Shown piece by piece: positions 37,967 through 46,712 of a stretch of DNA of 64,000 bases. A program made the translations under genes and the position numbers. The number at the start of each line of letters is the position of its first letter. The first letter of the stretch is position 1. The DNA is from an uncultured bacterium (GTDB taxonomy: Bacteria > Krumholzibacteriota > Krumholzibacteriia > Krumholzibacteriales > Krumholzibacteriaceae): NCBI GenBank assembly GCA_965369375.1, contig CBDUQN010000008.1, positions 654-64,653 on the forward strand, in the 5' to 3' direction. The notes below the pieces were generated by a model, which saw nothing but the letters and a program-made list of their open reading frames with translations, was not told the DNA's origin and did not search any database.

Positions 37967-39064
37967 ATGCAACTTCGCAGAAGCATTTTACTGGCGATAT
38001 GCATAATTCTCTTTATTTACCTCGAGATTCACTCCTGCTCGGATAACGCGATCACCGATCCGGGAAATCCTGTGCCTGAGGCCGCGAATCTGATCTACTT
38101 TGCAAACGATGTTCACTTCACGGACGAACACTCCGGATGGGTTGTCGGTTCACTCGGCACGATGATGTATACCGACGATAGCGGAGAAACGTGGCGCGGG
38201 CTGACCGTCAACGAGGGCAGACTCAATAACGTGAGCTTTATCGATCACGACAGGGGCTGGGTGGTAGGGAGGGAAGGAGCGATCTATGCAACGAGCAATG
38301 GAGGTGATATCTGGGATAAGATGCCTTTTTCGGGTTATCCTCACGATGTCGATTTCTATAAAGTGCAATTCATGAACGATTCCCTCGCATTCGTGCTCGG
38401 GTACTACGGTGTGTATCGTACGGAGGATAATGGCGCGACATGGGAGAATAACTGGCTGCCCGTCATTCCCGACAGAGGTGCCTGGGGGATGAGCTTGTTA
38501 AACGACCGGACGGGGTATCTGCTCGGAAGTCAGTGGATGGAGGCCGATCCGGTCATGATCTACAGAACGGACGACGGCGGACTGAGCTGGCAGCCGGTCG
38601 TAGAATCGAGGTATTCGATTCTACGACCGGTGATGACAATCGAGTTTGTCGATGAGCAGATCGGCTGGGCGGGTGGTGGTATGATCATGAAGACTACCGA
38701 CGGGGGAAGGACATGGATCACACAGCTCGAAGAGGCGACGGTCAGAAAGTTCTATTTCTTTGATGTTGATAACGGCTTTGCCATTGGCGGCCGGCGAATC
38801 CTGCGCACTACAAACGGTGGCGCCACCTGGGATGATATGCTGCCGCCGGACGATCGGATCGCGGACCTGAGGGGCATTTCTTTCATCAATGAGACGAGCG
38901 GGTGGATCGTCGGCAGGGGAAACGAAGAGCGAATCGAGCAGAGAATCTATCGATACTCGGTTGTTCTTAATACGAAGGATTCCGGTAAGACTTGGAATAT
39001 CAATGATTTTGCATTCGACTATACCGATTATAACATGGAGGAGACGGAATCCTGGTACCGATAA
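37967..39064 (+). CDS. BNR/Asp-box repeat beta-propeller lipoprotein (Ycf48/HCF136-like)
   Basis: Lipoprotein signal (LFIYLEIHS-C). Seven SxDxGxTW-type boxes (TDDSGETW, SNGGDIW, TEDNGATW, TDDGGLSW, TTDGGRTW, TTNGGATW, TKDSGKTW). GGAGG precedes ATG 37967. The tracked ORF's upstream extension from 37796 looks non-coding. Confidence 0.7.
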   Translation: MQLRRSILLAICIILFIYLEIHSCSDNAITDPGNPVPEAANLIYFANDVHFTDEHSGWVVGSLGTMMYTDDSGETWRGLTVNEGRLNNVSFIDHDRGWVVGREGAIYATSNGGDIWDKMPFSGYPHDVDFYKVQFMNDSLAFVLGYYGVYRTEDNGATWENNWLPVIPDRGAWGMSLLNDRTGYLLGSQWMEADPVMIYRTDDGGLSWQPVVESRYSILRPVMTIEFVDEQIGWAGGGMIMKTTDGGRTWITQLEEATVRKFYFFDVDNGFAIGGRRILRTTNGGATWDDMLPPDDRIADLRGISFINETSGWIVGRGNEERIEQRIYRYSVVLNTKDSGKTWNINDFAFDYTDYNMEETESWYR

Positions 39065-39071
39065 AAAAGGC

Positions 39072-39100
39072 TTGACCGTATTGTTTCTTTCGCGTAAAAT
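39072..39100 (+). promoter_or_regulatory. Candidate near-consensus sigma70-type promoter
   Basis: TTGACC (39072-39077), 17-nt spacer, TAAAAT (39095-39100), beginning 8 nt after the upstream stop codon. Confidence 0.45.
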
Positions 39101-39106
39101 CCCCCT

Positions 39107-39260
39107 TTTATTGCAGGATTAACGCTGGCTGAAAACACAGGAAATGTTTGAAAGGATCGGATCGAATCAATTGCGGCGAAAGCGGTCCCCATCTAATCCA
39201 AGGTCAAACGGGCACCTGGACGTAACATGAGTGCTTCCCCTCGCAGGGAGGCTTTTTTTT
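39107..39260 (+). ncRNA. Candidate ~150-nt leader RNA / sRNA of unknown family (promoter to intrinsic terminator)
   Basis: Bounded by the promoter above and the terminator at 39233-39260. It has an internal hairpin at 39198-39219 (CCA-GGT/ACC-TGG) and a possible 28-codon sORF at 39144-39230. I recognise no match to a known family. Confidence 0.3.
39233..39260 (+). terminator. Intrinsic terminator 14 nt upstream of the next start codon
   Basis: Stem GCTTCCC (39233-39239) / GGGAGGC (39246-39252), 7 bp including one G-U, with a 6-nt loop, followed by T8 (39253-39260). Confidence 0.65.
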
Positions 39261-39274
39261 AGCAGTGAGGTATC

Positions 39275-39994
39275 ATGCCTGAAGTTTCTGAAGACATCCA
39301 GTATCTCATTCAGATCGTCAAGAAGGATCTCGAGATTCATGAGAGGAGAAAATTTCTCGAAGACTCACCCTTGCGCATAAGAATGATCGACAAGAAGATC
39401 GCGATAATGGACGAGGAGCTGCAGGAAAGCCGGGATCAGCTCGAGAAGCTCAGCAAAGAGCGCAGACATCTTGAGGGGGAGGTCGAATCCAACAGTGCCA
39501 AGCTCATCACCAAGAAGATCGAACAGATCACTGTGAAGAATAACAAGGAGTTCAAGGCGTTCAAAGCTGAGATCGAATATCTCACAAAGCAGATCGACAA
39601 GGAAGAGGAACGCATCCTTGTCATCATGGAACTGACGGAAAAGCTGAAAAAGGAAATAGAGGCGATATCGGAAAGAGTTGAAAAGGAGAAAGGCGCCCTG
39701 CTCGCAGCCAGGGAAAATCTCGAGAAGGGGATGGAGGAGAGTGTGGGGTCGTTGAAGATCCTCGAGGATGAAAAGATCCGAACACTGCCGCATATCTCGG
39801 ATACGATCCGAAGGCTCTACAACAGGATCCTGGAGGCAAAGGGCGATTCGGGGGTGGCGAATCTCGCAGAAGACATATGTCAGGGGTGTTATTCGCGGTT
39901 GCCGCCGCAGAAGGGGCACGAAATCAGGAAAAACGACCAGATACTCACATGTGAGGTATGCGGGAGGATACTGGTCTATTATCCGGTGGATTGA
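39275..39994 (+). CDS. COG1579/DUF164 coiled-coil protein with C-terminal C4 zinc ribbon
   Basis: 239 aa, long heptad-rich coiled coil, ending CQGCYSRLPPQ...LTCEVCGRIL. Confidence 0.75.
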   Translation: MPEVSEDIQYLIQIVKKDLEIHERRKFLEDSPLRIRMIDKKIAIMDEELQESRDQLEKLSKERRHLEGEVESNSAKLITKKIEQITVKNNKEFKAFKAEIEYLTKQIDKEEERILVIMELTEKLKKEIEAISERVEKEKGALLAARENLEKGMEESVGSLKILEDEKIRTLPHISDTIRRLYNRILEAKGDSGVANLAEDICQGCYSRLPPQKGHEIRKNDQILTCEVCGRILVYYPVD

Positions 39995-40018
39995 TAGGCG
40001 GCGTTTCGGCAGGGGTCT

Positions 40019-40651
40019 ATGAACAAGTTAAAGCGGCTTCTTTATTTGATATCCGATGACAATAGAGTGAAGGATGTATGGAAAGAGGCCGGGTATGATT
40101 CGCTCGAAGAAGCGCGGGCGGCGATACGGGGCCTCGTCGAGATCGTAATTCATCGGGATGGAGCTGATCGCGGCGGGAGCAGGCGTCGGGATGAATCGAC
40201 TCGGCGCGCTTCGTCGATGCAGTCGTGCGGAAAGCAAAAGGCAGGAGGCGCGAATCGGATCATTATCCATGCCGACGGCGCGTCGCGAGGAAATCCGGGT
40301 CCCTCGGCGGTGGCGGCGGTGGCATTTCTGCCATCCGGTGAAATATTGAGTGACAGCTCGAGAACGATCGGTGAGGCCACTAACAATGTCGCCGAGTACA
40401 TGGCCGTTCTCGAGGGATTGACCCTCGCACGGCGGCTCGGAGCGGGTGATGTTATCATGCGTCTCGACAGCGAACTCGTGGTGAGGCAACTCCGCGGACA
40501 GTATAAGATAAAGAACGCAAAGCTTCGTGAGCTCGCCGGACGGGTGGTGCTCGAGGCGTCCTCTCTCGGAAGCTGCGTCTTCGAGCATGTCCCGCGTGAA
40601 GAGAACAGGAAGGCGGATCGACTCGCAAACAAGTGTCTCGACGCTGATTGA
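40019..40651 (+). CDS. rnhA: RNase HI-family ribonuclease with ~65-aa N-terminal extension (alternative start ATG 40217)
   Basis: The RNase H fold starts at IIIHADGASRGNPGP, then ATNNVAEYMAVLEGL, RLDSELVVRQL and REENRKADRLAN. The N-terminal part is a short helical segment plus an R-rich linker of unknown function. Confidence 0.8.
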   Translation: MNKLKRLLYLISDDNRVKDVWKEAGYDSLEEARAAIRGLVEIVIHRDGADRGGSRRRDESTRRASSMQSCGKQKAGGANRIIIHADGASRGNPGPSAVAAVAFLPSGEILSDSSRTIGEATNNVAEYMAVLEGLTLARRLGAGDVIMRLDSELVVRQLRGQYKIKNAKLRELAGRVVLEASSLGSCVFEHVPREENRKADRLANKCLDAD

Positions 40652-40747
40652 TGCGCGGATGTATGTCCTCGATCGGGACCGCATAGCATCTCTTGCAGGC
40701 GTGAATGACGTAACGTTTTCACTCTCCGATCGGCACACTCGATAGCT

Positions 40748-40776
40748 TTGACCTTTCAAAATTCCTGTGTTATATT
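40748..40776 (+). promoter_or_regulatory. Candidate sigma70-type promoter of rnpB
   Basis: TTGACC (40748-40753), 17-nt spacer, TATATT (40771-40776). Confidence 0.5.
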
Positions 40777-40805
40777 AGATCGCGAGTTTGAGACTGTAAT
40801 CTGAT

Positions 40806-41188
40806 CATGACGGCAAAGCAGATCGGGTGATCGCGGCCGCGGTAACACGCGTTCGAGGAAAGTCCGGGCTCCACAGGGCAGGGTGCTGGGTAACTCCCAG
40901 TGGGGGTGACCCCAAGGAAAGTGCCACAGAAAATATACCGCCCCCGCTAACGCGGGGGTAAGGGTGAAAAGGTGAGGTAAGAGCTCACCAGTGCCGCCGG
41001 TGACGGCGGCAGCTCGGTAAACCCCACCCGGAGAAAGACCAAATAGAAGAGGAGAAGCGGCCCGCTTCATTTGACTCTCGGGTAGGTCGATTGTGGCCGG
41101 TGGCAACGCCGGTCCCAGATAAATGATCACCGATTCTTTTATTTAAAAGGGTACAGAACTCGGCTTACAGATCAGCTTTGCCGTCATG
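40806..41188 (+). ncRNA. rnpB: RNase P RNA, bacterial type A
   Basis: Universal core GAGGAAAGTCCGGGCTCCACAGGGCAGGGTGCTGGGTAAC (from 40855), GTAAGGGTGAAAAGGTGAGGTAAGAGCTCACC, GGTAAACCCCACCCGGAG and ACAGAACTCGGCTTACAG (P4 3' strand). P1 forms between 40806-40824 and 41170-41188 (CATGACGGCAAAGCAGATC / GATCAGCTTTGCCGTCATG). End coordinates are good to about +/-20 nt. Confidence 0.93.
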
Positions 41189-41227
41189 GTTATATTCATT
41201 CGTTTAACATCAAGAAGCGGATAATCA

Positions 41228-42934
41228 ATGTCTTCCTGGATAATCCAACCTGTTGATGAGAATGTGATGGGCAATCTTTCCCGCTCACTGCTTCTCTCCG
41301 CGCTTGAATCCCGATTACTCTGCGCCCGTGGAGTCGAAACAAGTGATGAAGCAGCCCGTTTTCTTTCCCCGTCAATGGAGCATCTTCATAATCCATTTCT
41401 CTTCAAGGAAATGGAAAACGCCGCTGCAATCCTGCACGAAGCGATAACGAGCGGTGAACGAATACTCGTTCACGGTGACTATGATGCCGATGGCGTATGC
41501 GGCGCGGCGCTCCTCTATGAGACGTTGCGAAAACTCGGGGCCGATGTTCACTATTTTATTCCTGACCGCGCAAAGGATGGCTACGGACTCGCCGAGAGGG
41601 TCGTCGAGCGCGGACTCGATGCCGGACTCAAACTCGTGGTGACAGTCGACTGCGGTTCGAGTGATCGCCGCGTCATTTCACGTCTCGCGCGAGAGGGTGT
41701 GAAAGTTATCGTCACCGATCATCATGAAACGCGGGAACGGATACCGGAGGTCGCCGCGTTTATCAATCCCAAATTGCCGGGTGAAACGTATCCCTTCAAG
41801 GAGCTGGCGGGAGCCGGTGTCGCATTCAAGCTGCTTCAGGGACTGGAAAAAACAATGGGGATCGAGCTTTCTCTCGAAGGATCGCTCGATCTCGTCGCTA
41901 TCGGAACCCTTGGGGACTACACGATGCTGCAAGACGAAAACAGGACGCTCGTCTACCTCGGGCTCGAGATGCTCGGGGAATGGAGGAGACCGGGCTTAAG
42001 ATCACTCAGATCGGTGAGCGGCCTGTCGAAATCAAGATTCACCGCACGGCAGATATGTTTTACGATTGTGCCAAGGCTCAATTCACCGGGGCGTATCGGC
42101 AGCGCCCGCAATGTTGTGGAGCTGCTCGTCTCCGATGACGGCGGTGAGGCCAACAGGATCGCGCGCGAGATAGAAGAAAAAAACAGAAAACGCAAATTGT
42201 ACGATAGGCGCGTGACCGAAGAGGCCTGTTATCTGGCGGATATCATACTGAGAAGAGCGGAACCGAGCGCCTTTGTTTTCTCATCCTCTTCTTGGCATGA
42301 AGGAGTTGTCGGGATCGGGGCGGCGCGTCTCGCCGAGCGTTACAACCTGCCCTCGGTGCTTATCGCCGTCAAGGACGGTGTCGGGAAGGGATCGGCGAGA
42401 TCCGCCGGGATGGTAAATATCAAAGCGGTACTGGATCAGTGTTCGAGTTCCCTGATGGAATTCGGCGGACACAGGGAGGCGGGTGGATTCAGCATACCGG
42501 AAGAGAAAATCCCGGATTTTCAGCGCATGTTCGAAGGGGCGGTCGAAGATCTTGCCGAGAAGGGAATGAATCCCGCAGAATGGCGCGTAGACGCCGAAGT
42601 CACACTCGAAGAGTGCACTCTTGAATTTGTTTCCTATATCGAACGTCTCGCGCCCTTTGGCCCGGGGAATCACGAAACGGTTTTTCTTCTTCGGGATCTC
42701 ACGGTCTTGCCGGAGAGCAGGATTGTGGGACAGGACCACCTCAAACTCGCCGTGCGCGATCCGGACGGCGTCGGGCGGGAATTGATCGGTTTCTCGCTTG
42801 CCCGAACCTGGAATCTAACCGATATCGCGAACAGAAATCTCGATGTTCTGGCTCATCTGCGCAAAAACAGCTACATGGGCAAGACGGAAAGCCAGCTGCA
42901 AGTGGTTGCTATTCGATTTTCACAGAGTGACTGA
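41228..42934 (+). CDS. recJ: Single-stranded-DNA-specific exonuclease RecJ
   Basis: DHH motifs VHGDYDADGV, TVDCGS and VTDHH, plus a DHHA1 domain (GGHREAGG). Confidence 0.93.
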   Translation: MSSWIIQPVDENVMGNLSRSLLLSALESRLLCARGVETSDEAARFLSPSMEHLHNPFLFKEMENAAAILHEAITSGERILVHGDYDADGVCGAALLYETLRKLGADVHYFIPDRAKDGYGLAERVVERGLDAGLKLVVTVDCGSSDRRVISRLAREGVKVIVTDHHETRERIPEVAAFINPKLPGETYPFKELAGAGVAFKLLQGLEKTMGIELSLEGSLDLVAIGTLGDYTMLQDENRTLVYLGLEMLGEWRRPGLRSLRSVSGLSKSRFTARQICFTIVPRLNSPGRIGSARNVVELLVSDDGGEANRIAREIEEKNRKRKLYDRRVTEEACYLADIILRRAEPSAFVFSSSSWHEGVVGIGAARLAERYNLPSVLIAVKDGVGKGSARSAGMVNIKAVLDQCSSSLMEFGGHREAGGFSIPEEKIPDFQRMFEGAVEDLAEKGMNPAEWRVDAEVTLEECTLEFVSYIERLAPFGPGNHETVFLLRDLTVLPESRIVGQDHLKLAVRDPDGVGRELIGFSLARTWNLTDIANRNLDVLAHLRKNSYMGKTESQLQVVAIRFSQSD

Positions 42935-43001
42935 AAAGCTTGAGTTCAGAGTTTAATCTCGCTGAATCAGCTGGTTACTTCGTTCAAAAGGCGGAGATTA
43001 C

Positions 43002-45164
43002 GTGGTCGGGGAAAAGGCCGTCGACAAAGAGCACCATGAAGGGCTGAAGGCAGTTCTGAACCTTACGAACGGATTGAACGAAGCCTCGCGCGACCTCATC
43101 GAGCGGGCATACCGTTTCGCTGCTCAGGCTCATGACGGGCAGTACCGGCTCTCCGGGGATCCGTTCATCGTTCACGGGCTCGAGGTCGCAAGGATACTGG
43201 CGGAGCTCGGTCTCGACGCTTCAGCGATTGCCGCTGCGTTTCTTCATGATGTGGTTGAAGATACCGGTGTAACGAATAAAGATCTTGCACGGGAGTTCGG
43301 TGAGGAGGTGGCGCAGCTCGTCGACGGCCTGACCGAGCTCGACAAACTCTCGTTCCTCTCGCCTGAAGAAAAGCAGATCGAGTCCGCGCGCAGAATGCTC
43401 GTTTCGATGGTCAAAGATATCAGGGTCATCTTCATAAAGCTCGCCGACCGGCTTCATAATATGCGAACACTCGAGTATCTTCCCGAGGATCGGATCCGCA
43501 GCATTGCACGGGAGACACTCGAGATATATGCGCCGGTCGCGCACCGCCTCGGGGTGGGAAAGATAAAGGTGGAACTCGAGGATCTCGGATTTCGGTTCCT
43601 CGAACCGGATCGCTTTAGTGAGGTGGAAAATCTCGTCAACGGTATCGTGACCGACGGCGGGGCCGTTTTCGAGGATTTCAGAGGACCGATCGAGGAACAC
43701 CTCTCGGAATCCGGTATCGAGGCGAAGATAACGAGTCGGGTGAAACACAGGTACGGCACTTACCAGAAAATGATCCGCAAGGGTGTAAAAGTCGAGGACA
43801 TATACGATATTCTCTCGATGAGGATCGTGACGAAAAATGTCAGGGATTGCTATCATTCTCTCGAGATCGTACACAGCCTGTTCAGACCGATACACGGGCG
43901 GTTCAAAGATTTCATCGCCGCTCCCAAATCGAATCTCTACCAATCAATTCATACAACCGTCATGGATGAAAGTGGAAGGAAGTTCGAAATCCAGATCAGA
44001 ACCGAATTGATGAATAAAGCGGCCGAGTACGGCATTTCCGCTCATTGGCTCTACAAGGAACACGGCAAAGCAGTTGCGGGATGGGACCGGTGGCTCGAGT
44101 GGTTCAAACAGGCGGTGGACTATCAGCTCGAGCTCTCCGACCCGTCCGAGTTCATGAAATTCCTGAAAACCGATCTCTTTCAGAATGAGATCTATGTTTT
44201 CACACCGGCAGGGGAACTCAAGCAACTCCCATCCGGTTCTACTCCCATCGATTTTGCATACGCGATTCATTCGGATGTCGGCAATCACTGTACCGGCGCA
44301 AAGGTCAACGGCCGTCTCGTGCCGCTCGATTATCATCTCAAGAGCGGTGACAGGGCGGAGATCATGACATCGTCGAAGGCCCAACCCCACGAGAAGTGGC
44401 TCAAGAGCGTTAAAACGTCACGTGCTCGAATGAAGATACGGCAATGGCAACGGGTGAGAACGAAGGAGCAAGAAGAAAAAATAGGCAGGGAGTTGCTCAA
44501 GAGCGAACTCCGGCGCAGGAAACTTGCTTTTCCGAAGGAAAATCAATTGCGCAAGCTGCTCAAATCGTTCGGAAGAGACACTATCGGGAGGCTTTTTGCC
44601 GATCTGGGGAGAGGAAAAGTGTCACCGAATACGCTTGCCGCCAAACTCTACCCGAAAACAAATGATCGTGAAGCAAGCGATGAAATCAAACAGCGGGAAC
44701 GGCTGAGAGAAATCGTTCGGAGGCCGATAAAGGGAATCAGAATGGACGGTATGGATAATATTCTCGTGAGATTCGCCAAATGCTGTCAGCCGGTCCCCGG
44801 CGATTCGGTGGTCGGTATCATCACGAGGGGACGAGGCCTTTCCGTTCACCGTGTCGATTGCAGCAACGTAAAGAAATTCGACGAGCCGGGCAGAATCGTC
44901 AGTGTGGATTGGGATACCTATCCGGGCCGGAAATTTCTTGTTTCACTAATTGTCGTCGCCCGGGACAGATCGGGGCTCGTTTCGGAAATCAGCAGAAAGA
45001 TCGGGGATATGAATACGGACGTCCACTCCGGTCGTTTCGAGATTCACGAAGGGGAGCTTCAGCTCGTTCTCGTCATGAGCATCAGTGACCTCAAGCATCT
45101 CAACAGGGTGATAGCGGAGATCAAGAGTATCGAAAGCGTGATGAACGTCTACAGAGCAGTGTAG
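43002..45164 (+). CDS. Bifunctional (p)ppGpp synthetase/hydrolase (RelA/SpoT homologue)
   Basis: HD hydrolase domain (LHDVVEDT), synthetase domain (YQSIHTTV) and TGS and ACT domains. 720 aa, GTG start. Confidence 0.93.
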   Translation: MVGEKAVDKEHHEGLKAVLNLTNGLNEASRDLIERAYRFAAQAHDGQYRLSGDPFIVHGLEVARILAELGLDASAIAAAFLHDVVEDTGVTNKDLAREFGEEVAQLVDGLTELDKLSFLSPEEKQIESARRMLVSMVKDIRVIFIKLADRLHNMRTLEYLPEDRIRSIARETLEIYAPVAHRLGVGKIKVELEDLGFRFLEPDRFSEVENLVNGIVTDGGAVFEDFRGPIEEHLSESGIEAKITSRVKHRYGTYQKMIRKGVKVEDIYDILSMRIVTKNVRDCYHSLEIVHSLFRPIHGRFKDFIAAPKSNLYQSIHTTVMDESGRKFEIQIRTELMNKAAEYGISAHWLYKEHGKAVAGWDRWLEWFKQAVDYQLELSDPSEFMKFLKTDLFQNEIYVFTPAGELKQLPSGSTPIDFAYAIHSDVGNHCTGAKVNGRLVPLDYHLKSGDRAEIMTSSKAQPHEKWLKSVKTSRARMKIRQWQRVRTKEQEEKIGRELLKSELRRRKLAFPKENQLRKLLKSFGRDTIGRLFADLGRGKVSPNTLAAKLYPKTNDREASDEIKQRERLREIVRRPIKGIRMDGMDNILVRFAKCCQPVPGDSVVGIITRGRGLSVHRVDCSNVKKFDEPGRIVSVDWDTYPGRKFLVSLIVVARDRSGLVSEISRKIGDMNTDVHSGRFEIHEGELQLVLVMSISDLKHLNRVIAEIKSIESVMNVYRAV

Positions 45165-45176
45165 GGAGGAACTCCG

Positions 45177-45773
45177 TTGCGCGTTGTGATTCAAAGAGTG
45201 GCCGAAGCGAGCGTCGAAGTCGAAGGAACGGATGTTTCTCACATCGGCGGGGGGATACTCGTGCTCGTGGCTTTCAAGAACGGGGATTCTGAAAGCGAGC
45301 TCGACTGGATAGCACGCAAGTGCCTCGAGCTCAGAATCTTCGAGGATGAAAACGGCAAGATGAACAGATCGGTGATGGAAGTGGAGGGTGAGGTGCTCGT
45401 CGTATCCCAGTTCACCCTGTATGGCAACTGCCGGAAGGGAAGGCGCCCCGCGTACACCGATAGTGCGCCGGCACCGGCGGCGCAGGAACTGTACAGAGCA
45501 TTCGTGGAGATTATCGGTTCGCATTACCCGCGGGTTGCCGAAGGAGTGTTCGGGGCGAGGATGCGGGTGAGACTCCTCAACGACGGCCCCGTGACACTAA
45601 TCATCGACCGGGAGCGTGCCGGGTCAGCGCGTTTCAAGGACTTGGACTATGAATCCGTTTTTGACATTGGAGGTTCAGGGCAATCTCGTTCTCGGATCCG
45701 CCTCGCCGCGCCGCAGGGAGCTTCTGGAAAGACTCGGTTTCGAGTTCGAGATTATTCCTTGCCACGTGGATGA
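45177..45773 (+). CDS. dtd: D-aminoacyl-tRNA deacylase with an atypical ~50-aa C-terminal read-on into maf
   Basis: Residues 1-146 are canonical Dtd (MRVVIQRV, SQFTLYG, NDGPVTLIID). E. coli Dtd ends within a few residues of NDGPVTF, but here the frame stays open to 45773. TTG start after GGGAGGA. Confidence 0.8.
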   Translation: MRVVIQRVAEASVEVEGTDVSHIGGGILVLVAFKNGDSESELDWIARKCLELRIFEDENGKMNRSVMEVEGEVLVVSQFTLYGNCRKGRRPAYTDSAPAPAAQELYRAFVEIIGSHYPRVAEGVFGARMRVRLLNDGPVTLIIDRERAGSARFKDLDYESVFDIGGSGQSRSRIRLAAPQGASGKTRFRVRDYSLPRG

Positions 45774-46245
45774 GAGCGTTGTGCCGTGGAAAGACCCGGA
45801 GACCGGCGTAAAGCTAGTCGCCGAGCTGAAGGCCGTCGAGGCGCTGAGCCATCGTCCCCGCAAGACGATCATAGCCGCTGATACCGTCGTGATATGCCGC
45901 GGAGAGATTATGGGTAAGCCGGCGGATGCGGCGGATGCGGCACGGATGCTCGGGGCTCTGTCGGGCCGCGCGCACGAAGTCATAACGGGTGTGGTGATCG
46001 TCCAGCCGCCAAATCGGCGGATAATCGAAGCGGAAACGACGAGGGTCTTTTTTCGTGAGATCGCTGATATTGAAATAGAACGATATATCGAGACAGGCGA
46101 ACCCTTCGACAAGGCGGGTGCGTACGCGATTCAAGGTTATGCATCGCTCTTTATCGAGCGTGTAGATGGGTGCTATTTCAATGTCGTGGGATTGCCGGTG
46201 CACCGTCTGTTCAGTATGTTCAGGAGACTTGAGGATAGTATGTAA
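45649..46245 (+). CDS. maf: Maf-like nucleoside triphosphate pyrophosphatase
   Basis: LVLGSASPRRRELLERLG near the N-terminus, plus DKAGAYAIQG. ATG 45649 preferred; GTG 45616 is possible. Confidence 0.88.
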   Translation: MNPFLTLEVQGNLVLGSASPRRRELLERLGFEFEIIPCHVDESVVPWKDPETGVKLVAELKAVEALSHRPRKTIIAADTVVICRGEIMGKPADAADAARMLGALSGRAHEVITGVVIVQPPNRRIIEAETTRVFFREIADIEIERYIETGEPFDKAGAYAIQGYASLFIERVDGCYFNVVGLPVHRLFSMFRRLEDSM

Positions 46246-46269
46246 TGGCTGCAATCCTGGAGGCGCTGC

Positions 46270-46689
46270 ATGAAAGTGTTTGAGCAGGAACACCGATTTT
46301 CGACGGATGGCGACGGGACCATCGTCGATCTGACGAACGCGGTTCAAGCTGCATTGACGGAGAGCGGTGTTTCGAACGGACAGATGACGGTATTCGTTCC
46401 CGGTTCCACGGGGGCCGTTACGACGGTGGAGTACGAGCCCGGATTGATCGGCGATCTTCCCGAGCTCTTCGAAAACCTGATTCCCAGCGGGACGATGTAC
46501 CGGCATGATGCTACATGGGGTGACGGGAACGGATTTTCCCATTTGCGGGCATCTCTTGTCGGACCGTCACTGACCGTACCGGTTTCCGGAGGCGGGTTGA
46601 CACTCGGAACGTGGCAGCAGATTGTCTTCCTCGAATTCGATAACAGGCCGAGGAAGAGGACAATACAGATCAGCATCCTCGGTGTTTGA
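46270..46689 (+). CDS. yjbQ: YjbQ/UPF0047 family protein (secondary thiamine-phosphate synthase)
   Basis: 139 aa with HLRASLVGPSLTVPV and GTWQQIVFLEFD. Confidence 0.85.
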   Translation: MKVFEQEHRFSTDGDGTIVDLTNAVQAALTESGVSNGQMTVFVPGSTGAVTTVEYEPGLIGDLPELFENLIPSGTMYRHDATWGDGNGFSHLRASLVGPSLTVPVSGGGLTLGTWQQIVFLEFDNRPRKRTIQISILGV

Positions 46690-46712
46690 TCTCATAAAGG
46701 GAGGAGTTCCCG

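Noticed and set aside
40756-41130. A 124-aa minus-strand ORF between the RNase H gene and recJ.
   Set aside because: It lies entirely inside the RNase P RNA gene, whose universal core motifs are on the + strand. It is spurious.
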